Assembly (NCBI GenBank): GCA_964016885.1
Contig: OZ024744.1
Span: forward strand, 2,790,001-2,854,000
Direction of reading: 5' to 3'
From: Eledone cirrhosa
Taxonomy: Eukaryota
DNA: 64,000 nucleotides
The position numbers and the translations under genes are program-made. The notes under the pieces were generated by a model. It worked only from the letters and a program-made list of their open reading frames with translations, made no database searches and was not told the DNA's origin. This document shows positions 1-13,899 of this stretch, in pieces. Within the stretch, counting starts at the first letter, position 1. Each line of letters starts with the position of its first letter.

Positions 1-3000
1 TTTGAGGGAAGACAAGGTAGAGAAAGATAGCTTGGTGAAGAACGACATTTTGAGGGAAGACAAAGTAGAGAAAGATAGCTTGGTGAAGAACGACGTTTTG
101 TGGGAAGACAAGGTAGAGAAAGATAGCTTGGTGAAGAACGAAGTTTTGGGGGAAGACAAGGTAGAGAAAGATAGCTTGGTGAAGAACGAAGTTTTGGGGA
201 AGACAATGTAGAGAAATATAGCTTGGTGAAGAACGAAGTTTTGGGGGAAGACAAGGTAGAGAAAGATAGCTTGGTGAAGAACGAAGTTTTGAGGGAAGAC
301 AAGGTAGAGAAAGATAGCTTGGTGAATAACGAAGTTTTGGGAGAAGACAAGGTAGAGAAAGATAGCTTGGTGAAGAACGACGTTTTGAGGGAAGACAAGG
401 TAGAGAAAGATAGCTTGGTGAAGAACGAAGTTTTGTGGGAAGACAAGGTAGAGAAAGATAGCTTGGTGAAGAACGAAGTTTTGGGGAAGGCAATGTAGAG
501 AAAGATAGCTTGGTGAAGAACGAAGTTTTGGGGGAAGACAAGGTAGAGAAAGATAGCTTGGTGAATAACGAAGTTTTGGGAGAAGACAAGGTCGAGAAAG
601 ATAGCTTGGTGAAGAACGAAATTTTGAGGGAAGACAAGGTAGAGAAAGATAGCTTGGTGAAGAACGACGTTTTGGTGGAAGACAAGGTAGAGAAAGATAG
701 CTTGGTGAAGAACGATGTTTTGGGGAAGACAATGTAGAGAAAGATAGCTTGGTGAAGAACGAAGTTTTGGGGGAAGACAAGGTAGAGAAAGATAGCTTGG
801 TGAATAACGAAGTTTTGGGAGAAGACAAGGTCGAGAAAGATAGCTTGGTGAAGAACGAAATTTTGAGGGAAGACAAGGTAGAGAAAGATAGTTTGTGAAG
901 AACGAAGTTTTGAGGGAAGACAAGGTAGAGAAAGATAGCTTGGTGAAGAACGACGTTTTGAGGGAAGACAAGGTAGAGAAAGATAGCTTGGTGAAGAACG
1001 ATGTTTTGGGGAAGACAATGTAGAGAAAGATAGCTTGGTGAAGAACGAAGTTTTTGGGGGAAGACAAGGTAGAGAAAGATAGCTTGGTGAAGAACGAAGT
1101 TTTGAGGGAAGACAAGGTAGAGAAATATAGCTTGGTGAATAACGAAATTTTGGGAGAAGACAAGATAGAGAAAGATAGTTTGTGAAGAACGAAGTTTTGA
1201 GGGAAGACAAGGTAGAGAAAGATAGCTTGGTGAAGAACGACGTTTTGAGGGAAGACAAGGTAGAGAAAGATAGCTTGGTGAAGAACGACGTTTTGTGGGA
1301 AGACAAGGTAGAGAAAGATAGCTTGGTGAAGAACGAAGTTTTGGGGGAAGACAAGGTAGAGAAAGATAGCTTGGTGAAGAACGAAGTTTTGGGGAAGGCA
1401 ATGTAGAGAAAGATAGATTGGTGAAGAACGAAGTTTTGGGGGAAGACAAGGTAGAGAAAGATAGCTTGGTGAAGAACGAAGTTTTGAGGGAAGACAAGGT
1501 AGAGAAAGATAGCTTGGTGAATAACGAAGTTTTGGGAGAAGACAAGGTAGAGAAAGATAGCTTGGTGAAGAACGACGTTTTGAGGGAAGACAAGGTAGAG
1601 AAAGATAGCTTGGTGAAGAACGAAGTTTTGGGGAAAGACAAGATAGAGAAAGATAGCTTGGTGAAGAACGAAGTTTTGGGTGAAGACAAGGTAGAGAAAG
1701 ATAGCTTGGTGAAGAACGAAGTTTTGGGGGAAGACAAGGTAGAGAAAGATAGCTTGGTGAAGAACGAAGTTTTGGGGAAGACAATGTAGAGAAAGATAGC
1801 TTGGTGAAGAACGAAGATTTGGGGGAAGACAAGGTAGAGAAAGATAGCTTGGTGAAGAACGAAGTTTTGGGAGAAGACAAGGTAGAGAAAGATAGCTTGG
1901 TGAAGAACGAAGTTTTGAGGGAAGACAAGGTAGAGAAAGATAGCTTGGTGAAGAACGACGTTTTGAGGGAAGACAAGGTAGAGAAAGATAGCTTGGTGAA
2001 TAACGAAGTTTTGGGAGAAGACAACGTAGAGAAAGATAGCTTGGTGAAGAACGAAGTTTTGGGGGAAGACAAGGTAGAGAAAGATAGCTTGGTAAAGAAC
2101 GAAGTTTTGGGGGAGGACAAGGTAGAGAAAGATAGCTTGGTGAATAACGAAATTTTGGGAGAAGACAAGGTCGAGAAAGATAGCTTGGTGAAGAACGAAA
2201 TTTTGAGGGAAGACAAGGTAGAGAAAGATAGCGTGGTGAAGAACGACGTTTTGGTGGAAGACAAGGTAGAGAAAGATAGCTTGGTGAAGAACGATGTTTT
2301 GGGGAAGACAATGTAGAGAAAGATAGCTTGGTGAAGAACGAAGTTTTGGGGGAAGACAAGGTGGAGAAAGATAGCTTGGTGAAGAACGAAGTTTTGAGGG
2401 AAGACAAGGTAGAGAAAGATAGCTTGGTGAATAACGAAGTTTTGGGGGAAGACAAGGTAGAGAAAGATAGTTGGTGAAGAACGAAGTTTTGAGGGAAGAC
2501 AAGGTAGAGAAAGATAGCTTGGTGAAGAACGACGTTTTGAGGGAAGACAAGGTAGAGAAAGATAGCTTGGTGAAGAACGACGTTTTGTGGGAAGACAAGG
2601 TAGAGAAAGATAGCTTGGTGAAGAACGAAGTTTTGGGGGAAGACAAGGTAGAGAAAGATAGCTTGGTGAAGAACGAAGTTTTGGGGAAGACAATGTAGAG
2701 AAAGATAGCTTGGTGAAGAACGAAGTTTTGGGGGAAGACAAGGTAGAGAAAGATAGCTTGGTGAAGAACGAAGTTTTGAGGGAAGACAAGGTAGAGAAAG
2801 ATAGCTTGGTGAATAACGAAGTTTTGGGAGAAGACAAGGTAGAGAAAGATAGCTTGGTGAAGAACGACGTTTTGAGGGAAGACAAGGTAGAGAAACATAG
2901 CTTGGTGAAGAACGAAGTTTTGGGGGAAGACAAGGTAGAGAAAGATAGCTTGGTGAAGAACGAAGTTTTGGGGGAAGACAAGGTAGAGAAAGATAGCTTG

Positions 3001-4765
3001 GTGAAGAACGAAGTTTTGGGGAATACAATGTAGAGAAAGATAGCTTGGTGAAGAACGATGTTTTGGGGGAAGACAAGGTAGAGAAAGATAGCTTGGTGAA
3101 TAACGAAGTTTTGGGAGAAGACAAGGTCGATAAAGATAGCTTGGTGAAGAACAACATTTTGAGGGAAGACAAGGTAGAGAAAGATAGCTTGGTGAAGAAC
3201 GACGTTTTGGTGGAAGACAAGGTAGAGAAAGATAGCTTGGTGAAGAACGATGTTTTGGGGAAGACAATGTAGAGAAAGATAGCTTGGTGAAGAACGAAGT
3301 TTTGGGGGAAGACAAGGTAGAGAAAGATAGCTTGGTGAAGAACGAAGTTTTGAGGGAAGACAAGGTAGAGAAAGATAGCTTGGTGAATAACGAAGTTTTG
3401 GGAGAAGACAAGGTAGAGAAAGATAGTTGGTGAAGAACGAAGTTTTGATGGAAGACAAGGTAGAGAAAGATAGCTTGGTGAAGAACGACATTTTGAGGGA
3501 AGACAAAGTAGAGAAAGATAGCTTGGTGAAGAACGACGTTTTGTGGGAAGACAAGGTAGAGAAAGATAGCTTGGTGAAGAACGAAGTTTTGGGGGAAGAC
3601 AAGGTAGAGAAAGATAGCTTGGTGAAGAACGAAGTTTTGGGGAAGACAATGTAGAGAAAGATAGCTTGGTGAAGAACGAAGTTTTGGGGGAAGACAATGT
3701 AGAGAAAGATAGCTTGGTGAAGAACGAAGTTTTGGGGGAAGACAAGGTAGAGAAAGATAGCTTGGTGAATAACGAAGTTTTGGGAGAAGACAAGGTCGAG
3801 AAAGATAGCTTGGTGAAGAACGAAATTTTGAGGGAAGACAAGGTAGAGAAAGATAGCTTCGTGAAGAACGACGTTTTGGTGGAAGACAAGGTAGAGAAAG
3901 ATAGCTTGGTGAAGAACGATGTTTTGGGGAAGACAATGTAGAGAAAGATAGCTTGGTGAAGAACGAAGTTTTGGGGGAAGACAAGGTAGAGAAAGATAGC
4001 TTGGTGAAGAACGAAGTTTTGAGGGAAGACAAGGTAGAGAAAGATAGCTTGGTGAATAACGAAGTTTTGGGAGAAGACAAGGTAGAGAAAGATAGTTGGT
4101 GAAGAACGAAGTTTTGAGGGAAGACAAGGTAGAGAAAGATAGCTTGGTGAAGAACGACATTTTGAGGGAAGACAAAGTAGAGAAAGATAGCTTGGTGAAG
4201 AACGACGTTTTGTGGGAAGACAAGGTAGAGAAAGATAGCTTGGTGAAGAACGAAGTTTTGGGGGAAGACAAGGTAGAGAAAGATAGCTTGGTGAAGAACG
4301 AAGTTTTGGGGAAGACAATGTAGAGAAAGATAGCTTGGTGAAGAACGAAGTTTTGAGGGAAGACAAGGTAGAGAAAGATAGCTTGGTGAAGAACGAAGTT
4401 TTGGGGGAAGACAAGGTAGAGAAAGATAGCTTGGTGAAGAACGAAATTTTGAGGGAAGACAAGGTAGAGAAAGATAGCTTGGTGAAGAACGACGTTTTGG
4501 TGGAAGACAAGGTAGAGAAAGATAGCTTGGTGAAGAACGATGTTTTGGGGAAGACAATGTAGAGAAAGATAGCTTGGTGAATAACGAAGTTTTGGGGGAA
4601 GACAAGGTAGAGAAAGATAGCTTGGTGAAGAACGAAGTTTTGAGGGAAGACAAGGTAGAGAAAGATAGCTTGGTGAATAACGAAGTTTTGGGAGAAGACA
4701 AGGTAGAGAAAGATAGCTTGGTGAAGAACGACGTTTTGAGGGAAGACAAGGTAGAGAAAGATAGC

Positions 4766-7729
4766 TTGGTGAAGAACGAAGTTTTGGGGGAAGACAAGGT
4801 AGAGAAAGATAGCTTGGTGAAGAACGAAGTTTTGGGGGAAGACAAGGTAGAGAAAGATAGCTTGGTGAAGAACGAAGTTTTGGGGGAAGACAAGGTAGAG
4901 AAAGATAGCTTGGTGAAGAACGAAGTTTTGGGGGAAGACAAGGTAGAGAAAGATAGCTTGGTGAAGAACGAAGTTTTGTGGAAGACAATGTAGAGAAAGA
5001 TAGCTTGGTGAAGAACGAAGTTTTGGGGAAGACAATGTAGAGAAAGATAGCTTGGTGAAGAACGAAGTTTTGGGGGAAGACAAGGTAGAGAAAGATAGCT
5101 TGGTGAAGAACGAAGTTTTGGGAGAAGACAAGGTAGAGAAAGATAGCTTGGTGAAGAACGAAGTTTTGAGGGAAGACAAGGTAGAGAAAGATAGCTTGGT
5201 GAAGAACGACGTTTTGAGGGAAGACAAGGTAGAGAAAGATAGCTTGGTGAAGAACGACGTTTTGTGGGAAGACAGGGTAGAGAAAGATAGCTTGGTGAAG
5301 AACGAAGTTTTGGGGGAAGACAAGGTAGAGAAAGATAGCTTGGTGAAGAACGAAGTTTTGGGGGAAGACAAGGTAGAGAAAGATAGCTTGGTGAAGAACG
5401 AAGTTTTGTGGGAAGACAAGGTAGAGAAAGATAGCTTGGTGAAGAACGAAGTTTTGGGAAAGACAATGTAGAGAAAGATAGCTTGGTGAAGAACGAAGTT
5501 TTGGGGGAAGACAAGGTAGAGAAAGATAGCTTGGTGAATAACGAAATTTTGGGAGAAGACAAGGTCGAGAAAGATAGCTTGGTGAAGAACGAAATTTTGA
5601 GGGAAGACAAGGTAGAGAAAGATAGCTTGGTGAAGAACGACGTTTTGGTGGAAGACAAGGTAGAGAAAGATAGCTTGGTGAAGAACGATGTTTTGGGGAA
5701 GACAATGTAGAGCAAGATAGCTTGGTGAAGAACGAAGTTTTGGGGGAAGACAAGGTAGAGAAAGATAGCTTGGTGAAGAACGACGTTTTGAGGGAAGACA
5801 AGGTAGAGAAAGATAGCTTGGTGAAGAACGACGTTTTGTGGGAAGACAAGGTAGAGAAAGATAGCTTGGTGAAGAACGAAGTTTTGGGGGAAGACAAGGT
5901 AGAGAAAGATAGCTTGGTGAAGAACGGAGTTTTGGGGGAAGACAAGGTAGAGAAAGATAGCTTGGTGAAGAACGAAGTTTTGGGGGAAGACAAGGTAGAG
6001 AAAGATAGCTTGGTGAAGAACGAAGTTTTGTGGAAGACAATGTAGAGAAAGATAGCTTGGTGAAGAACGAAGTTTTGGGCAAGACAATGTAGAGAAAGAT
6101 AGCTTGGTGAAGAACGAAGTTTTGGGGGAAGACAAGGTAGAGAAAGATAGCTTGGTGAAGAACGAAGTTTTGGGAGAAGACAAGGTAGAGAAAGATAGCT
6201 TGGTGAAGAACGAAGTTTTGAGGGAAGACAAGGTAGAGAAAGATAGCTTGGTGAAGAACGAAGTTTTGGGGGAAGACAAGGTAGAGAAAGATAGCTTGGT
6301 GAAGAACGAAGTTTTGGGGGAAGACAAGGTAGAGAAAGATAGCTTGGTGAAGAACGAAGTTTTGGGGGAAGACAAGGTAGAGAAAGATAGCTTGGTGAAG
6401 AACGAAGTTTTGGGGGAAGACAAGGTAGAGAAAGATAGCTTGGTGAAGAACGAAGTTTTGTGGAAGACAATGTAGAGAAAGATAGCTTGGTGAAGAACGA
6501 AGTTTTGGGGAAGACAATGTAGAGAAAGATAGCTTGGTGAAGAACGACGTTTTGGGGGAAGACAAGGTAGAGAAAGATAGCTTGGTGAAGAACGAAGTTT
6601 TGGGAGAAGACAAGGTAGAGAAAGATAGCTTGGTGAAGAACGAAGTTTTGAGGGAAGACAAGGTAGAGAAAGATAGCTTGGTGAAGAACGACGTTTTGAG
6701 GGAAGACAAGGTAGAGAAAGATAGCTTGGTGAAGAACGACGTTTTGTGGGAAGACAGGGTAGAGAAAGATAGCTTGGTGAAGGACGAAGTTTTGGGGGAA
6801 GACAAGGTAGAGAAAGATAGCTTGGTGAAGAACGAAGTTTTGGGGGAAGACAAGGTAGAGAAAGATAGCTTGGTGAAGAACGAAGTTTTGTGGGAAGACA
6901 AGGTAGAGAAAGATAGCTTGGTGAAGAACGAAGTTTTGGGAAAGACAATGTAGAGAAAGATAGCTTGGTGAGGAACGAAGTTTTGGGGGAAGTCAAGGTA
7001 GAGAAAGATAGCTTGGTGAATAACGAAATTTTGGGAGAAGACAAGGTCGAGAAAGATAGCTTGGTGAAGAACGAAATTTTGAGGGAAGACAAGGTAGAGA
7101 AAGATAGCTTGGTGAAGAACGACGTTTTGGTGGAAGACAAGGTAGAGAAAGATAGCTTGGTGAAGAACGATGTTTTGGGGAAGACAATGTAGAGCAAGAT
7201 AGCTTGGTGAAGAACGAAGTTTTGGGGGAAGACAAGGTAGAGAAAGATAGCTTGGTGAAGAACGACGTTTTGAGGGAAGACAAGGTAGAGAAAGATAGCT
7301 TGGTGAAGAACGACGTTTTGTGGGAAGACAAGGTAGAGAAAGATAGCTTGGTGAAGAACGAAGTTTTGGGGGAAGACAAGGTAGAGAAAGATAGCTTGGT
7401 GAAGAACGGAGTTTTGGGGGAAGACAAGGTAGAGAAAGATAGCTTGGTGAAGAACGAAGTTTTGGGGGAAGACAAGGTAGAGAAAGATAGCTTGGTGAAG
7501 AACGAAGTTTTGTGGAAGACAATGTAGAGAAAGATAGCTTGGTGAAGAACGAAGTTTTGGGCAAGACAATGTAGAGAAAGATAGCTTGGTGAAGAACGAA
7601 GTTTTGGGGGAAGACAAGGTAGAGAAAGATAGCTTGGTGAAGAACGAAGTTTTGGGAGAAGACAAGGTAGAGAAAGATAGCTTGGTGAAGAACGAAGTTT
7701 TGAGGGAAGACAAGGTAGAGAAAGATAGC
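4766..7729 (+). repeat. Tandem block duplication, 2 x 1482 bp
   Basis: Module starts 5052/6534, 5483/6965, 5722/7204 and 6104/7586 are all 1482 apart. Shared rare variants: GACAGGG (~5271/6753), TTGGGAAAG (~5455/6937), GAGCAAG (~5710/7192), GGGCAAG (~6077/7559). Confidence 0.9.
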
Positions 7730-8494
7730 TTGGTGAAGAACAAAGTTTTGGGGGAAGACAATGTAGAGAAAGATAGCTTGGTGAAGAACGAAGTTTTGGT
7801 GGAAGACAAGGTAGAGAAAGATAGCTTGGTGAATAACGAAATTTTGGGAGAAGACAAGGTCGAGAAAGATAGCTTGGTGAAGAACGAAATTTTGAGGGAA
7901 GACAAGGTAGAGAAAGATAGCTTGGTGAAGAACGACGTTTTGGTGGAAGACAAGGTAGAGAAAGATAGCTTGGTGAAGAACGATGTTTTGGGGAAGACAA
8001 TGTAGAGAAAGATAGCTTGGTGAAGAATGAAGTTTTGGGGGAAGACAAGGTAGAGAAAGATAGCTTGGTGAAGAACGACGTTTTGGTGGAAGACAAGGTA
8101 GAGAAAGATAGCTTGGTGAAGAACGATGTTTTGGGGAAGACAATGTAGAGAAAGATAGCTTGGTGAAGAATGAAGTTTTGGGGGAAGACAAGGTAGAGAA
8201 AGATAGCTTGGTGAAGAACGAAGTTTTGAGGGAAGACAAGGTAGAGAAAGATAGCTTGGTGAATAACGAAGTTTTGGGAGAAGACAAGGTAGAGAAAGAT
8301 AGTTGGTGAAGAACGAAGTTTTGAGGGAAGACAAGGTAGAGAAAGATAGCTTGGTGAAGAACGACGTTTTGAGGGAAGACAAGGTAGAGAAAGATAGCTT
8401 GGTGAAGAACGACGTTTTGTGGGAAGACAAGGTAGAGAAAGATAGCTTGGTGAAGAACGAAGTTTTGGGGGAAGACAAGGTAGAGAAAGATAGC

Positions 8495-11400
8495 TTGGTG
8501 AAGAACGAAGTTTTGGGGAAGACAATGTAGAGAAAGATAGCTTGGTGAAGAACGAAGTTTTGGGGGAAGACAAGGTAGAGAAAGATAGCTTGGTGAAGAA
8601 CGACGTTTTGAGGGAAGACAAGGTAGAGAAAGATAGCTTGGTGAAGAACGACGTTTTGTGGGAAGACAAGGTAGAGAAAGATAGCTTGGTGAAGAACGAA
8701 GTTTTGGGGGAAGACAAGGTAGAGAAAGATAGCTTGGTGAAGAACGAAGTTTTGGGGGAAGACATGGTAGAGAAAGATAGCTTGGTGAAGAACGAAGTTT
8801 TGTGGGAAGACAAGGTAGAGAAAGATAGCTTGGTGAAGAACGAAGTTTTGGGGAAGACAATGTAGAGAAAGATAGCTTGGTGAAGAACGAAGTTTTGGGG
8901 GAAGACAAGGTAGAGAAAGATAGCTTGGTGAATAACGAAATTTTGGGAGAAGACAAGGTCGAGAAAGATAGCTTGGTGAAGAACGAAATGTTGAGGGAAG
9001 ACAAGGTAGAGAAAGATAGCTTGGTGAAGAACGACGTTTTGTTGGAAGACAAGGTAGAGAAAGATAGCTTGGTGAAGAACGATGTTTTGGGGAAGACAAT
9101 GTAGAGAAAGATAGCTTGGTGAAGAACGAAGTTTTGGGGGAAGACAAGGTAGAGAAAGATAGCTTGGTGAAGAACGACGTTTTGAGGGAAGACAAGGTAG
9201 AGAAAGATAGCTTGGTGAAGAACGACGTTTTGGTGGAAGACAAGGTAGAGAAAGATAGCTTGGTGAAGAACAATGTTTTGGGGAAGACAATGTAGAGAAA
9301 GATAGCTTGGTGAAGAACGAAGTTTTGGGGGAAGACAATGTAGAGAAAGATAGCTTGGTGAAGAACGAAGTTTTGAGGGAAGACAAGGTAGAGAAAGATA
9401 GCTTGGTGAATAACGAAGTTTTGGGAGAAGACAAGGTAGAGAAAGATAGCTTGGTGAAGAACGACGTTTTGAGGGAAGACAAGGTAGAGAAAGATAGCTT
9501 GGTGAAGAACGAAGTTTTGGGGGAAGACAAGGTAGAGAAAGATAGCTTGGTGAAGAACGAAGTTTTGGGGGAAGACAAGGTAGAGAAAGATAGCTTGGTG
9601 AAGAACGAAGTTTTGGGGGAAGACAAGGTAGAGAAAGATAGCTTGGTGAAGAACGAAGTTTTGGGGAAGACAATGTAGAGAAAGATAGCTTGGTGAAGAA
9701 CGAAGATTTGGGGGAAGACAAGGTAGAGAAAGATAGCTTGGTGAAGAACGAAGTTTTGGGAGAAGACAAGGTAGAGAAAGATAGCTTGGTGAAGAACGAA
9801 GTTTTGAGGGAAGACAAGGTAGAGAAAGATAGCTTGGTGAAGAACGACGTTTTGAGGGAAGACAAGGTAGAGAAAGATAGCTTGGTGAATAACGAAGTTT
9901 TGGGAGAAGACAAGGTAGAGAAAGATAGCTTGGTGAAGAACGACGTTTTGGTGGAAGACAAGGTAGGGAAAGATAGCTTGGTGAAGAACGATGTTTTGGG
10001 GAAGAAAATGTAGAAAAAGATAGCTTGGTGAAGAACGAAGTTTTGGGGGAAGACAAGGTAGAGAAAGATAGCTTGGTGAAGAACGACGTTTTGAGGGAAG
10101 ACAAGGTAGAGAAAGATAGCTTGGTGAAGAACGACGTTTTGGTGGAAGACAAGGTAGAGAAAGATAGCTTGGTGAAGAACGAAGTTTTGAGGGAAGACAA
10201 GGTAGAGAAAGATAGCTTGGTGAATAACGAAGTTTTGGGAGAAGACAAGGTAGAGAAAGATAGCTTGGTGAAGAACGACGTTTTGAGGGAAGACAAGGTA
10301 GAGAAAGATAGCTTGGTGAAGAACGAAGTTTTGGGGGAAGACAAGGTAGAGAAAGATAGCTTGGTGAAGAACGAAGTTTTGGGGGAAGACAAGGTAGAGA
10401 AAGATAGCTTGGTGAAGAACGAAGTTTTGGGGAAGACAATGTAGAGAAAGATAGCTTGGTGAAGAACGAAGATTTGGGGGAAGACAAGGTAGAGAAAGAT
10501 AGCTTGGTGAAGAACGAAGTTTTGGGAGAAGACAAGGTAGAGAAAGATAGCTTGGTGAAGAACGAAGTTTTGAGGGAAGACAAGGTAGAGAAAGATAGCT
10601 TGGTGAAGAACGACGTTTTGAGGGAAGACAAGGTAGAGAAAGATAGCTTGGTGAATAACGAAGTTTTGGGAGAAGACAAGGTAGAGAAAGATAGCTTGGT
10701 GAAGAACGAAGTTTTGGGGGAAGACAAGGTAGAGAAAGATAGCTTGGTAAAGAACGAAGTTTTGGGGGAGGACAAGGTAGAGAAAGATAGCTTGGTGAAT
10801 AACGAAATTTTGGGAGAAGACAAGGTCGAGAAAGATAGCTTGGTGAAGAACGAAATTTTGAGGGAAGACAAGGTAGAGAAAGATAGCTTGGTGAAGAACG
10901 ACGTTTTGGTGGAAGACAAGGTAGAGAAAGATAGCTTGGTGAAGAACGATGTTTTGGGGAAGACAATGTAGAGAAAGATAGCTTGGTGAAGAACGAAGTT
11001 TTGGGGGAAGACAAGGTAGAGAAAGATAGCTTGGTGAAGAACGAAGTTTTGAGGGAAGACAAGGTAGAGAAAGATAGCTTGGTGAATAACGAAGTTTTGG
11101 GGGAAGACAAGGTAGAGAAAGATAGTTGGTGGAGAACGAAGTTTTGGGGAAGACAATGTAGAGAAAGATAGCTTGGTGAAGAACGAAGTTTTGGGGGAAG
11201 ACAAGGTAGAGAAAGATAGCTTGGTGAAGAACGACGTTTTGAGGGAAGACAAGGTAGAGAAAGATAGCTTGGTGAAGAACGACGTTTTGTGGGAAGACAA
11301 GGTAGAGAAAGATAGCTTGGTGAAGAACGAAGTTTTGGGGGAAGACAAGGTAGAGAAAGATAGCTTGGTGAAGAACGAAGTTTTGGGGGAAGACATGGTA

Positions 11401-13899
11401 GAGAAAGATAGCTTGGTGAAGAACGAAGTTTTGTGGGAAGACAAGGTAGAGAAAGATAGCTTGGTGAAGAACGAAGTTTTGGGGAAGACAATGTAGAGAA
11501 AGATAGCTTGGTGAAGAACGAAGTTTTGGGGGAAGACAAGGTAGAGAAAGATAGCTTGGTGAATAACGAAATTTTGGGAGAAGACAAGGTCGAGAAAGAT
11601 AGCTTGGTGAAGAACGAAATGTTGAGGGAAGACAAGGTAGAGAAAGATAGCTTGGTGAAGAACGACGTTTTGGTGGAAGACAAGGTAGAGAAAGATAGCT
11701 TGGTGAAGAACGATGTTTTGGGGAAGACAATGTAGAGAAAGATAGCTTGGTGAAGAACGAAGTTTTGGGGGAAGACAAGGTAGAGAAAGATAGCTTGGTG
11801 AAGAACGACGTTTTGAGGGAAGACAAGGTAGAGAAAGATAGCTTGGTGAAGAACGACGTTTTGGTGGAAGACAAGGTAGAGAAAGATAGCTTGGTGAAGA
11901 ACAATGTTTGGGGGAAGACAATGTAGAGAAAGATAGCTTGGTGAAGAACGAAGTTTTGGGGGAAGACAATGTAGAGAAAGATAGCTTGGTGAAGAATGAA
12001 GTTTTGAGGGAAGACAAGGTAGAGAAAGATAGCTTGGTGAATAACGAAGTTTTGGGAGAAGACAAGGTAGAGAAAGATAGCTTGGTGAAGAACGACGTTT
12101 TGAGGGAAGACAAGGTAGAGAAAGATAGCTTGGTGAAGAACGAAGTTTTGGGGGAAGACAAGGTAGAGAAAGATAGCTTGGTGAAGAACGAAGTTTTGGG
12201 GGAAGACAAGGTAGAGAAAGATAGCTTGGTGAAGAACGAAGTTTTGGGGGAAGACAAGGTAGAGAAAGATAGCTTGGTGAAGAACGAAGTTTTGGGGAAG
12301 ACAATGTAGAGAAAGATAGCTTGGTGAAGAACGAAGATTTGGGGGAAGACAAGGTAGAGAAAGATAGCTTGGTGAAGAACGAAGTTTTGGGAGAAGACAA
12401 GGTAGAGAAAGATAGCTTGGTGAAGAACGAAGTTTTGAGGGAAGACAAGGTAGAGAAAGATAGCTTGGTGAAGAACGACGTTTTGAGGGAAGACAAGGTA
12501 GAGAAAGATAGCTTGGTGAATAACGAAGTTTTGGGAGAAGACAAGGTAGAGAAAGATAGCTTGGTGAAGAACGACGTTTTGGTGGAAGACAAGGTAGAGA
12601 AATATAGCTTGGTGAAGAACGATGTTTTGGGGAAGAAAATGTAGAGAAAGATAGCTTGGTGAAGAACGAAGTTTTGGGGGAAGACAAGGTAGAGAAAGAT
12701 AGCTTGGTGAAGAACGACGTTTTGAGGGAAGACAAGGTAGAGAAAGATAGCTTGGTGAAGAACGACGTTTTGGTGGAAGACAAGGTAGAGAAAGATAGCT
12801 TGGTGAAGAACGATGTTTTGGGGAAGACAATGTAGAGAAATATAGCTTGGTGAAGAACGAAGTTTTGGGGGAAGACAAGGTAGAGAAAGATAGCTTGGTG
12901 AAGAACGAAGTTTTGAGGGAAGACAAGGTAGAGAAAGATAGCTTGGTGAATAACGAAGTTTTGGGAGAAGACAAGGTAGAGAAAGATAGCTTGGTGAAGA
13001 ACGACGTTTTGAGGGAAGACAAGGTAGAGAAAGATAGCTTGGTGAAGAACGAAGTTTTGGGGGAAGACAAGGTAGAGAAAGATAGCTTGGTGAAGAACGA
13101 AGTTTTGGGGGAAGACAAGGTAGAGAAAGATAGCTTGGTGAAGAACGAAGTTTTGGGGGAAGACAAGGTAGAGAAAGATAGCTTGGTGAAGAACGAAGTT
13201 TTGGGGAAGACAATGTAGAGAAAGATAGCTTGGTGAAGAACGAAGATTTGGGGGAAGACAAGGTAGAGAAAGATAGCTTGGTGAAGAACGAAGTTTTGGG
13301 AGAAGACAAGGTAGAGAAAGATAGCTTGGTGAAGAACGAAGTTTTGAGGGAAGACAAGGTAGAGAAAGATAGCTTGGTGAAGAACGACGTTTTGAGGGAA
13401 GACAAGGTAGAGAAAGATAGCTTGGTGAATAACGAAGTTTTGGGAGAAGACAAGGTAGAGAAAGATAGCTTGGTGAAGAACGAAGTTTTGGGGGAAGACA
13501 AGGTAGAGAAAGATAGCTTGGTAAAGAACGAAGTTTTGGGGGAGGACAAGGTAGAGAAAGATAGCTTGGTGAATAACGAAATTTTGGGAGAAGACAAGGT
13601 CGAGAAAGATAGCTTGGTGAAGAACGAAATTTTGAGGGAAGACAAGGTAGAGAAAGATAGCTTGGTGAAGAACGACGTTTTGGTGGAAGACAAGGTAGAG
13701 AAAGATAGCTTGGTGAAGAACGATGTTTTGGGGAAGACAATGTAGAGAAAGATAGCTTGGTGAAGAACGAAGTTTTGGGGGAAGACAAGGTAGAGAAAGA
13801 TAGCTTGGTGAAGAACGAAGTTTTGAGGGAAGACAAGGTAGAGAAAGATAGCTTGGTGAATAACGAAGTTTTGGGGGAAGACAAGGTAGAGAAAGATAG
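8495..13899 (+). repeat. Imperfect tandem block duplication, offset 2631 bp (rising to 2774 after monomer gains)
   Basis: Module starts 8542/11173, 8877/11508 and 9690/12321 are 2631 apart; 10456/13230 are 2774 apart. Shared rare variants: GACATGG (~8761/11392), GAAATGTTG, AACAATG, GAAGAAAATG. Confidence 0.85.

Noticed and set aside
127-143. CENP-B box on the minus strand (CTTCGTT...)
   Set aside because: Only the TTCG half matches. The essential A and the CGGG end of NTTCGNNNNANNCGGGN are not present (about 5 of 9 key bases).
175-222. 14-nt GT...AG micro-intron (GTAGAGAAAGATAG) whose removal would restore frame in 47-bp monomers (47-14=33)
   Set aside because: The arithmetic works for any -1 deletion, and the same 14-mer is in 48-bp monomers where splicing would break the frame. 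It is also shorter than the smallest spliceosomal introns I know of (15-16 nt in Stentor). Only spliced RNA reads could revive this.
175-222. Programmed ribosomal frameshift or ATG-TAG mini-ORF at the 47-bp monomer
   Set aside because: TTTTGGGG is not a canonical X XXY YYZ slippery site (Y is normally A or U), no downstream structure is evident, and hundreds of sequential recoding events would be needed.
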